Source: a virus (Duplodnaviria; Heunggongvirae; Uroviricota; Caudoviricetes). From it: a stretch of DNA of 18,446 bases. The stretch is from IMG/VR virus record IMGVR_UViG_2526164613_000015. One strand, written 5' to 3'. Below are positions 1-7,073 of this stretch, piece after piece (position 1 is the stretch's first letter; the number at the start of each line of letters is the position of its first letter). The notes beneath the pieces are model-generated. The model was not told the origin of the DNA. It was given only the letters and a program-made list of their open reading frames with translations, and made no database searches. The translations under genes were made by a program, and so were the position numbers.

Positions 1-423
1 ATACGCATCAGTAACCTCTTTTACCCGAGCACGCCGGTTGCAAAGGCGTGATCAAGAAAACGAAAAATTAAATCAACCTGGGAACCATGCTTTTCTTCGA
101 ACGCCAGCGGATCCGCATGAAGCTCGTTGTGATGCTCCCGACACAGCGGTAGCGTGAAAATATCGTGGGATTTTGTTCCCATTCCGCCCTGACCATGACC
201 AATCAGATGATGAGGATCGTCCGCTGGCTACCACAACACGAACACGGCTGTGTCTTTACCCAGCGTGTGTATTTCTCATTTACCCAGCGGCGACGTTTAG
301 GTCGTTTCATGAAGGATTCCGGAGACTCCGGATCAACGGCAATGCTGACCACCGTCTTTTCCTGTGGTGGGTTCTGTTGCTGGTGGGCGTGAGGCAGCGG
401 CGCAAGATTTTTTGTGCGCTGTT

Positions 424-1068
424 TCAGTATGCTGGTGGCGGTCTGCTCTCCCGGTACGATGTCGCTTTCGCGGTACACCGAGCAGATTTTTCCGCTGGTA
501 ATCCCAGCGAGCGACGTAATACCGCTTCCGGTAGCGCGTCCGCCAGCTGATTGCGGACCGCCCACCAGGATAATTCAGCCAGAGATAATTCACGCTCCTG
601 CGTACCGCTTATTGCGTGACCGATGACGTCAATCATCCATGCTGACAGGTTTTGATGAGCAAGTTGCTCGAGTGATTCGGATGTCTGGTCACGCAGCTGG
701 TTGTCGCAGAGCCAGCACAACACCATTGCGCCGGTACCATAACGGTGAATAACGGTTTCACTGTGATGATAGTCACCATGAGGCCACTGGCAGGATTTGA
801 CATGACGCAACAGCCAGTCAGACAGTGCACCAGCGCCACCAACAGCACGAATCACACGCTCATTGCTGAAAAACGGCAGTAATGATTTATCCTCCACCAG
901 CGGCTGGCGAACAGTGGGAACCGCTCCGGATGGCAGCGCCCGCATGTTTTTCGGTTCCGGCTCAACCAGCACCCTGCTGTGATGAAAAACCGGCAGTGAT
1001 TCGCGCCCGGGCTTAAGGACCACCAGCCCGAGTTCCGGTACCAGAACCGGTCGAAGTAATACCCGCAC
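424..1068 (-). CDS. hypothetical prophage protein (214 aa, GTG start); possibly a fragment of a frameshifted larger gene
   Basis: ORF with E. coli-like codon usage; start overlaps the stop of the upstream ORF 1070..1348 in another frame; further overlapping minus-strand ORFs at 203..593 suggest frame disruption. No family recognised. Confidence 0.4.
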   Translation of the reverse strand: MRVLLRPVLVPELGLVVLKPGRESLPVFHHSRVLVEPEPKNMRALPSGAVPTVRQPLVEDKSLLPFFSNERVIRAVGGAGALSDWLLRHVKSCQWPHGDYHHSETVIHRYGTGAMVLCWLCDNQLRDQTSESLEQLAHQNLSAWMIDVIGHAISGTQERELSLAELSWWAVRNQLADALPEAVLRRSLGLPAEKSARCTAKATSYRESRPPPAY

Positions 1069-1069
1069 G

Positions 1070-1348
1070 TTACCTCCAGATGCGTTGCTGGAATGTGCGG
1101 GACGGACGCGGTGGGCGCTCGGAGTACGGCAGCCTGACGTAGATTATCCAGTGACGATAATCGAGGCTGAGGGCTTTCCTAAACTCATACCCACGTCTGC
1201 GGTAGTTCTGAATCAGCCATTCGGCCTGTTCTTCAGTGCATGGGGCGTGCCGGAACCAGTCAGATTTGAATGCATGAGAACGCCGCCCGTGCCTGCTGGC
1301 AAAGACGGCTGAATTATCAGAATTGTGTAGTCTGGAATTTTGCGCCAT
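1070..1348 (-). CDS. hypothetical protein (92 aa), possibly N-terminal piece of a disrupted gene continuing in 424..1068
   Basis: ORF ends 1 nt before the GTG start of 424..1068; no recognisable motifs. Confidence 0.3.
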   Translation of the reverse strand: MAQNSRLHNSDNSAVFASRHGRRSHAFKSDWFRHAPCTEEQAEWLIQNYRRRGYEFRKALSLDYRHWIIYVRLPYSERPPRPSRTFQQRIWR

Positions 1349-1417
1349 CGGCTTTCTCCGGTGGCACAGTGTTACTCAACAGGGGTTCAGCCCTGCGCTG
1401 AATTGTAGATGAATTCA

Positions 1418-1675
1418 CTAATCTTCAAAAGCAGAAAAACCAGCCTTAATCCCAGCTTCTTTCAGAGACGGCAACGATGTGACAAATTCATTTTCACGCA
1501 AAATAAAACCATCCGTCACAAGTCCATCCACAAAGTAAATTAACGCAGCTCCACTCTTCCTATGTAGAGACTGTAAACATTTAATACGGCAGTGGCTGAC
1601 AATAGCGCCATTCTCAACGCGCACAGTATAGAGGCCATCTTCACTAAAAATTTCACGTAATTCTTCGATTTTCAT
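1418..1675 (-). CDS. small hypothetical prophage protein (85 aa); occupies the position that rem holds next to hokD in E. coli K-12 Qin
   Basis: ATG at 1675..1673 preceded by GGAAGGA Shine-Dalgarno 8 nt upstream; ORF-track version (1418..1723) likely over-extended. Synteny argument only. Confidence 0.5.
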   Translation of the reverse strand: MKIEELREIFSEDGLYTVRVENGAIVSHCRIKCLQSLHRKSGAALIYFVDGLVTDGFILRENEFVTSLPSLKEAGIKAGFSAFED

Positions 1676-1800
1676 CAACAGAATCCTTCCAGATAAATAG
1701 CACTCCCCCTGTTCGGGGTCCATCCCTCTTCTCCCTGCGCGCTACTTAAGTATTTTTGATTCTATTCTGGCACCGTCCAAAACTTCAAACACGTTGAAAA

Positions 1801-1827
1801 TAAAAACAAAAAACCCGCCGAAGCGGG
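1801..1827 (-). terminator. rho-independent terminator downstream of the HTH-ImmA gene
   Basis: Minus strand reads CCCGC-TTCG-GCGGG followed by TTTTTTGTTTTT; hairpin 1814..1827. Same hairpin sequence recurs at 3649..3662. Confidence 0.6.
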
Positions 1828-1832
1828 TATAC

Positions 1833-2939
1833 TCAAACAATCTGGAAAATATTTCTTGGATTTGTAATAGGTCTGTTGATGGAGAACAACTCACGAATTA
1901 AATCTTGGCTCAAGCCAGTTTTCATAAGAATTCTTAGCCAGGTTGCATCATCCAGCATTTCAATCGCCTCGGCCAGCATGCCGGGTTCTTCAGGGCGCAA
2001 AAGTTCATCACCAGGTTCAACTCTCGTATACCCTCTGGAATTAAGATGCATATAGCCAGTTCTTGCCTGTTCCTGGGTCAATAAGCCTAATGCGCTGGCT
2101 CGATAAATACACATTTTAAGGCTGATTTTCCATCTAAGTTTAAATTCAACCAGAGCATTCCAGTCGAATTGCTTACCTCGTATTCGTGGAAATTCTTTAA
2201 TGAAAGATAACCTGGGAACTAATAAGGCGCTCGAAAAGTGATCGGCTTGTGATTCCGTAAGTTTATCACCTGTCGTTATGCCCTCATGCATTACTAAATG
2301 CCCTAATTCATGACCTAAATCAGAGCGAAATCTACATATGCTTTTTTTAACATTGTTCCTGATGATAACAGGCCTGTTATTGTGAACAGTAAAAGCATCA
2401 ACACGATCATCGACTCCCGTAACATGCGCAACGATTACCCCTAAACTCTCCGCCAATTTAACCATTGATGATATAGGGCCAAGACCTAAATTCCAGGCAC
2501 GGCGACAATCTTCTGCCACTCGCTCAATATCATTCGGAGTAAGTAATTCAGCCCCTGGGTGCTCCGGTATGTTAACGTCAGGAAATTCGATTTCACCTTC
2601 AACAGCAGAAATTATAATATTAAGAATCTCAGCCCTGGCCAATACACTATTAGTCAGCGTTTGAGTCCTGGACTTCTTACTCCGAAAATGGCAGACATCA
2701 CTTTCCAGAGCGTATTTTCGTTCAGTAAAAAGAAAACTGGACTTAATCATAAGCGCTGAAGATATTAACTCAAGACATTGCTCCGATGGCCTGCACCCCT
2801 TCTCCAGTTTGCTAACAAATTGCTTTGTCTTGCCAATTTTTTCGGCTAACTCTTCACAAGAAAGCCCAACAGCCATTCTCGCTAGTTTGAGCTTATCACC
2901 CCGATACTCAGTGAAGTTATTCACCTGATGTTCCATCAC
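1833..2939 (-). CDS. fused XRE-type HTH / ImmA-IrrE family zinc metallopeptidase (COG2856-like), 368 aa
   Basis: N-terminal HTH (LARMAVGLSCEELAEKIGKTKQFVSKLEKG); HEXXH zinc-binding motif in SDLGHELGHLVMHEG; start is GTG at 2939 or ATG at 2936; overlaps upstream ORF by about 20 nt. Confidence 0.8.
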   Translation of the reverse strand: MMEHQVNNFTEYRGDKLKLARMAVGLSCEELAEKIGKTKQFVSKLEKGCRPSEQCLELISSALMIKSSFLFTERKYALESDVCHFRSKKSRTQTLTNSVLARAEILNIIISAVEGEIEFPDVNIPEHPGAELLTPNDIERVAEDCRRAWNLGLGPISSMVKLAESLGVIVAHVTGVDDRVDAFTVHNNRPVIIRNNVKKSICRFRSDLGHELGHLVMHEGITTGDKLTESQADHFSSALLVPRLSFIKEFPRIRGKQFDWNALVEFKLRWKISLKMCIYRASALGLLTQEQARTGYMHLNSRGYTRVEPGDELLRPEEPGMLAEAIEMLDDATWLRILMKTGLSQDLIRELFSINRPITNPRNIFQIV

Positions 2940-3567
2940 TGCTCACATCCAAATCTTTATCCTTCGTACGCCGACGAAGAGGCACCTTATTAATCTCCGC
3001 TTCGTCAGGGAGTGTGTTATAATCAAGAGGCATAAGCGGCATCGATGCTGTAGATTGATGAGAAACTATACTAATCTGAGCACCATAAGTATTAAATCCA
3101 ACAAGAGCTACCTCCCAACGAGGCAGTGTGGACTCTAATTCACCATCGCCCTCTTCGGATAAAAAAGGCTCAGCTATGACTCGCCATGTAATATCTTGCT
3201 CAGCCTCAACATCACCAAACAATGAGAGCTGCTCATACTCTACTTTATTTCGACGCAGACGATGTTTCTTTTTGGGGTTATTAATGCAATCTTTGGTAAA
3301 TTGTAGCGGAACTTTATTTAAAGCAACTACATAGTCCAACCCCTTGGAAATCATCTCAAGGCCAGGAATTGCATCTTCATTTTGAATAAGATGATTTCTG
3401 ACCCAATCATAAGCCCTTACACCTTCAGACCAGTTGCTGTCTAATGCGTGCTTATGATAGTACAGCTGCTCAAGTACGTTAGCGATCTCCGCCAACAAGT
3501 GGCGAACATAGTTTTCAGCAAGATAAGGTTGAAATTCCCAACAAGGAGCTAACTGATTTTCATTCAT
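2917..3567 (-). CDS. hypothetical acidic protein (216 aa), first gene of a two-gene operon with the HTH-ImmA peptidase
   Basis: ATG at 3567; no TM segments; acidic stretches (GDVEAEQD, SEEGDGELES); stop overlaps start of 1833..2939; preceded by promoter-like sequence with perfect TTGACA. Confidence 0.6.
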   Translation of the reverse strand: MNENQLAPCWEFQPYLAENYVRHLLAEIANVLEQLYYHKHALDSNWSEGVRAYDWVRNHLIQNEDAIPGLEMISKGLDYVVALNKVPLQFTKDCINNPKKKHRLRRNKVEYEQLSLFGDVEAEQDITWRVIAEPFLSEEGDGELESTLPRWEVALVGFNTYGAQISIVSHQSTASMPLMPLDYNTLPDEAEINKVPLRRRTKDKDLDVSSDGTSGE

Positions 3568-3595
3568 TTCAAGTTTCGCTTTTTTTAGAATTCGT

Positions 3596-3631
3596 AAACC
3601 ACATATTTTCGCATTTTTCTATTTTTGTCAA
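3596..3631 (-). promoter_or_regulatory. candidate sigma70 promoter for the 216-aa / HTH-ImmA operon
   Basis: Minus-strand TTGACA at 3631..3626, AT-rich spacer, weak -10 candidates (AAATAT/AATATG) about 17-18 nt downstream; about 35-60 nt upstream of the ATG at 3567. Confidence 0.35.
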
Positions 3632-3643
3632 CCAGACTAATGC

Positions 3644-3662
3644 AAAAACCCGCCGAAGCGGG
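3644..3662 (-). terminator. rho-independent terminator, probable 3' end of the hok transcript
   Basis: Minus strand CCCGC-TTCG-GCGGG followed by TTTTT; lies about 70 nt downstream of the hok stop; identical to hairpin at 1814..1827. Confidence 0.6.
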
Positions 3663-3732
3663 TTAAGTGCGGGTGCGTTGAGGATGCCTGGCACATCAGA
3701 GGTGGCGGGAGATTACTCCCCCGCCGGGTCTC

Positions 3733-3888
3733 TTACTCCTCAGGTTCGTAAGCTGTGAAGACAGCGACCTCCGTCTGGCCGGTTCGGATTCGTACCTCGC
3801 AGAGGTCTTTCCTCGTTACCAGTGCCGTCACTATGACGGTTAAACAGATGACGATCAGGGCGATTAACATCGCCTTTTGCTGCTTCAT
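3733..3888 (-). CDS. hokD: Hok/Gef family type I toxin (51 aa), HokD/RelF-like
   Basis: Manual translation of minus strand gives MKQQKAMLIALIVICLTVIVTALVTRKDLCEVRIRTGQTEVAVFTAYEPEE, matching HokD/RelF as recalled; single TM helix plus conserved C-terminal Cys region. Below the 60-aa ORF-track cutoff. Confidence 0.85.
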   Translation of the reverse strand: MKQQKAMLIALIVICLTVIVTALVTRKDLCEVRIRTGQTEVAVFTAYEPEE

Positions 3889-4099
3889 AGCCTGCTTCTC
3901 CTTGACCTTTTGGTCCGTAAGAGGCTAATCTCTATGTGTCGCATAGATATGGCCTCAGATTAATGTTAAGCGTCTTGCAGGACGCGTAATGTTAACTGGG
4001 GCTTTTCTCTATCTGCCTTTTGGTGTTCATGCCTGAGGCAGATAGCCTCAAGCACCCGCAGCAATTCTACTTAACTCCCGTCACCTCGCCAATATAAAA

Positions 4100-4189
4100 T
4101 CAATCAGAAAGGCGATCCATAAGAACAATAGCAAGACAATAAATTGCCACTACAGCCGCAATAGCCAGCGCGCATTTGAGAACCAGCAC
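4100..4189 (-). CDS. candidate small hydrophobic peptide (29 aa)
   Basis: GTG at 4189..4187 preceded by AGGAGG at 5-nt spacing; translation MLVLKCALAIAAVVAIYCLAIVLMDRLSD is a single predicted TM helix; about 70 nt downstream of the SIR2-like gene stop. Confidence 0.3.
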   Translation of the reverse strand: MLVLKCALAIAAVVAIYCLAIVLMDRLSD

Positions 4190-4259
4190 GATAACCTCCT
4201 GTATTGGACGTACACCAGCTCTGATAAATATGAGGCTGCCTCTTTAACTTCGCATTGCG

Positions 4260-5291
4260 CTACCAATCAATAAAATCAGTGATGTTATCCAACCTAATTA
4301 CAGTAACTTCCCGTCTCAACTGGTTTTTCCAATATATCTCACGAGCGTTTTGTTCACCAGCACCGCTCCACTCAATTACTCTTAAAGGCTTAGAGGTTAG
4401 GTAAGGTCGAATAAGCAGGTTAAGGTGAATATCGAGACCAGAGTAACCAAACAATATTATTTCTTCTGATTCAAATAATGCAAACTGCAAATAATCCCAG
4501 TACGTAGAAAGAACATTAGATGCTGCTATAACTGACGGTTTTCTTTTTATATGAGTTAACACTATATGCTCACTAGGTTCATCTATGTCAAGAGTAAGTT
4601 GTGAGCGTGAAAGTTTTAAAACATTTTCATGCTGATTAATAAATAGTGGTGAACCATGCAAGTGCAAATAATAACCAAACCTACGATTGTATTTCCGTTC
4701 GAGCGCTGCAGAGGAAAATCCGTGGCTTAGCATCCCATCAACTAAAACCCCATCATACCCGTTGAATATATCATTATCTATGAATGAATTGTATAATAAT
4801 TTGTCATAGTTTAATGTCGCGATATGTGAGTGTGTGTTCTTTACAAACTCCACAAGCGCATTTTCGAATCTTTGTGGCAAACCTTTATCGTAATTATGCA
4901 ACCTGGTTGCAACTTTGTGAATATAAGTGGCGGTAATTTTGGGGAAGTTTAGTCCATCTTCAGTAAGCCAATGCACGTTCCCCTCTCCAATTTGAGCAAG
5001 AGCTTTACAATATGTGACAGCCTGGTGAAGGGTATCCAACTCATGTTCTCCTTCTGGTGGACCTTGCCGCTGAAGACAACGCTCGATAAGTTGCTTGTGG
5101 ATATCTTTTAAAAAATTGGGGCGATGCCAAATTTCTTCCAACGCTCTGTCTAAGGAGAAGTGAGCAGGATCTAAAGCCATACCGAGACCGTTGCCGAATA
5201 TTATTAATTTTCTTGCCATATAGGGGGACTCATATTGGAATAACGCTGGATAGCGTAGCGCGATACGCTTAAGTTTAGGATTAATAGACAT
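4260..5291 (-). CDS. SIR2-like (sirtuin-fold, SIR2_2/DUF4020-type) putative NADase, 343 aa, stand-alone
   Basis: Ordered motifs LIIFGNGLGMA (Gly-rich loop), ATLNYDKLL, YLHLHGS, ILFGYSGLD as in defence-associated SIR2 domains; gene and 370-bp upstream region are markedly AT-rich. Confidence 0.8.
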   Translation of the reverse strand: MSINPKLKRIALRYPALFQYESPYMARKLIIFGNGLGMALDPAHFSLDRALEEIWHRPNFLKDIHKQLIERCLQRQGPPEGEHELDTLHQAVTYCKALAQIGEGNVHWLTEDGLNFPKITATYIHKVATRLHNYDKGLPQRFENALVEFVKNTHSHIATLNYDKLLYNSFIDNDIFNGYDGVLVDGMLSHGFSSAALERKYNRRFGYYLHLHGSPLFINQHENVLKLSRSQLTLDIDEPSEHIVLTHIKRKPSVIAASNVLSTYWDYLQFALFESEEIILFGYSGLDIHLNLLIRPYLTSKPLRVIEWSGAGEQNAREIYWKNQLRREVTVIRLDNITDFIDW

Positions 5292-5659
5292 TCCGTTTGA
5301 TTACACTCGTTATTACAAACTTGCATGCAAAGAAGCCCAAGCTGTTAGGTAAACAGAGACCGCAGTGGCAAGATAATCTAGATATAGCCTATAAAATCCA
5401 ACAACAAATAGCGGCCTGTTTTCTATGACTTTTCTTTTCCCTAAATATCACTTATCTAATAAAATGCAATAATGTATTGCACAGTATTTAATGTGTATTA
5501 ATATAGATAAGTATTGGTCTTATTTGATAACAAATCCTGAGCCTCAAAATGTCTGCTTTTCACACAAAACCAACAAGTAGGCTATTTTTAGCTCTGTGCC
5601 GCGAAAATGTCAATTCATATCCGAACCAATACTCTTTAATTTCATTACCTGTGACAATT

Positions 5660-6067
5660 CTAGGCATATCCCTGATAGAACGCCAATACACGCTGCATAA
5701 CTTCGCTCTTCCGGCACTCGCGACAGATTATGTTCATACGCCTGTCGTAGCGGCGTATTTCTCCGTCGGGTAATGTCCAGATAAGGCCCGGATCAACCAC
5801 AACAGGTTTCTTCACCTTTGCCCTCGAGAGTTTTTTGCGGGCGTTTTGCCAGTCCTTACGAGCCTGTTCTGACGGGAACAACCCATAGCCAGAGTGATAT
5901 ACATCACCACTGGCAACCAGCTCTCTGGCAAGAATGCTCATCAGATATCTTGTCGCACCTGTTTTAGCTTCCAGTTGCCGTAGCGTCTCACGACCGCTCT
6001 GGCGCACGAGTTCCACCACCTGCCCTTTAATTTTTTCCCGCTCTTCTTGTGTAAAAACTTTTGCCAC
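5660..6067 (-). CDS. hypothetical prophage protein (135 aa), basic C-terminus, downstream of replication initiator
   Basis: GTG start with GGGGG Shine-Dalgarno-like element 4-5 nt upstream; 40 nt after the initiator gene stop; no family recognised. Confidence 0.5.
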   Translation of the reverse strand: MAKVFTQEEREKIKGQVVELVRQSGRETLRQLEAKTGATRYLMSILARELVASGDVYHSGYGLFPSEQARKDWQNARKKLSRAKVKKPVVVDPGLIWTLPDGEIRRYDRRMNIICRECRKSEVMQRVLAFYQGYA

Positions 6068-6107
6068 AAGTCCCCCTTAAAATTACCTCATGACCTGAAA
6101 TCAACAC

Positions 6108-7073
6108 TTATCCCCTGAAACCAGGCGGAATTTCTGTATCCGGTTCAGAAATATGATTCACACAACGCTGTATAGACGAACGCCCCAGACGGATGACCAG
6201 TTCATCCCATTTTTCACGAAGCTTTGACGGGCTCATGATGTTTTTTACCCAGAATGGATCTCGCTGTACCCGACCAAACATTTCGCAAATTTGTCTGTGG
6301 CTTCTGCCATCCAGCATCCGCATTGTGCGCACGTCATTGGCCCAGGCAGTCCAGTTAGGCTCTTTTGGTCGCATGATCTCGCCATCATCACTGGCTGCCT
6401 GTTCGTAGAGACCCACGATCCGCCCCCAGATCCACTGCGCACACGCCAAATCCTCCCTGCTACCCCACTGGCGTTTTTTCGCACTAAACACAACCGCGTC
6501 GGAGTTCCGGGTTAAAAAATCCTGTTCAGTCGTCTGCGGGTCCGGTTGCGAAGCTTCCGGACGAAAAGTGTTTTTATTCTCTGTAGTAATCTCTGTTGTA
6601 TTCTCTGTAAGATCATCAGGCCATTTTGACCCGATGACATTGGGTCGTTTTGAACCAATGGAGCGTTTCATTTTGACCTCTTCCATCGTGTCATTTTGAC
6701 CTGATGGAGCGGCGCATTTTGAACCGATGGATTCGCTCAATTTGCCACCATCTAAAAGCTCGCTCCCATAGTTGATCGTGTAGAAATTGGTCATATCGCG
6801 CTTTGATTTATTGAGCTTTTCACAACGCAAAAGCCCCAGCGTTTTCAGACTTGCAAACGCGCGCTTTAACGTTGACTCTGACCAGAATGGGAACTGTTCC
6901 AGCCATTGTTCCGTTGTGTTGTAAATCCAGCGAACACCATCACATTCCATGCCGGAATTGGTATCTCTCAACCAGTAATGCAACTGCTGCAACACAATGG
7001 CTTCATTTAAGCCAATCTTCATCGCAAGCTGTGTGTTTATAACCAGTGGGCGTTCAGCAAAAAGAAGGCTCAT
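6108..7073 (-). CDS. phage replication initiator (lambda O-like replisome organiser) with DnaT-like C-terminal domain
   Basis: N-terminal HTH-like region; central repeat-encoded linker (IGSK repeats); C-terminus ...SEPDTEIPPGFRG resembles the E. coli DnaT C-terminus as recalled. ATG at 7073 preferred over the TTG at 7127. Confidence 0.7.
   Translation of the reverse strand: MSLLFAERPLVINTQLAMKIGLNEAIVLQQLHYWLRDTNSGMECDGVRWIYNTTEQWLEQFPFWSESTLKRAFASLKTLGLLRCEKLNKSKRDMTNFYTINYGSELLDGGKLSESIGSKCAAPSGQNDTMEEVKMKRSIGSKRPNVIGSKWPDDLTENTTEITTENKNTFRPEASQPDPQTTEQDFLTRNSDAVVFSAKKRQWGSREDLACAQWIWGRIVGLYEQAASDDGEIMRPKEPNWTAWANDVRTMRMLDGRSHRQICEMFGRVQRDPFWVKNIMSPSKLREKWDELVIRLGRSSIQRCVNHISEPDTEIPPGFRG
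6581..6752. repeat. replication-origin-like iteron array inside the initiator gene
   Basis: Five to six direct repeats with core ATTTTGA(C/A)C at exact 23-bp spacing (TTTTGA at 6625, 6648, 6671, 6694, 6717, degenerate 6740), preceded by three 12-bp CTCTGT-containing repeats (6581-6615). Confidence 0.65.

Noticed and set aside
165-626. Mutually overlapping ORFs on both strands at the left edge (165..392, 173..550, 203..565, 333..593, 414..626)
   Set aside because: No frame has a convincing start, Shine-Dalgarno or recognisable motifs; all three frames on each strand are interrupted in 1-423; treated as probable decayed or non-coding sequence.
5549-5773. Plus-strand ORF in the AT-rich region upstream of the SIR2-like gene
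   Set aside because: Lies in promoter-like AT-rich DNA and overlaps the 3' end of the minus-strand gene 5660..6067; no translation signals.
6581-6752. Possible CRISPR array suggested by regularly spaced repeats
   Set aside because: Repeat unit is 23 bp with no unique spacers, lies inside a coding region, and no cas genes are nearby; interpreted as origin iterons.
6193-7042. Plus- and minus-strand ORFs embedded in the replication initiator gene (6193..6408, 6245..6493, 6291..6515, 6851..7042)
   Set aside because: Alternative-frame ORFs within a gene supported by recognisable N- and C-terminal domains.
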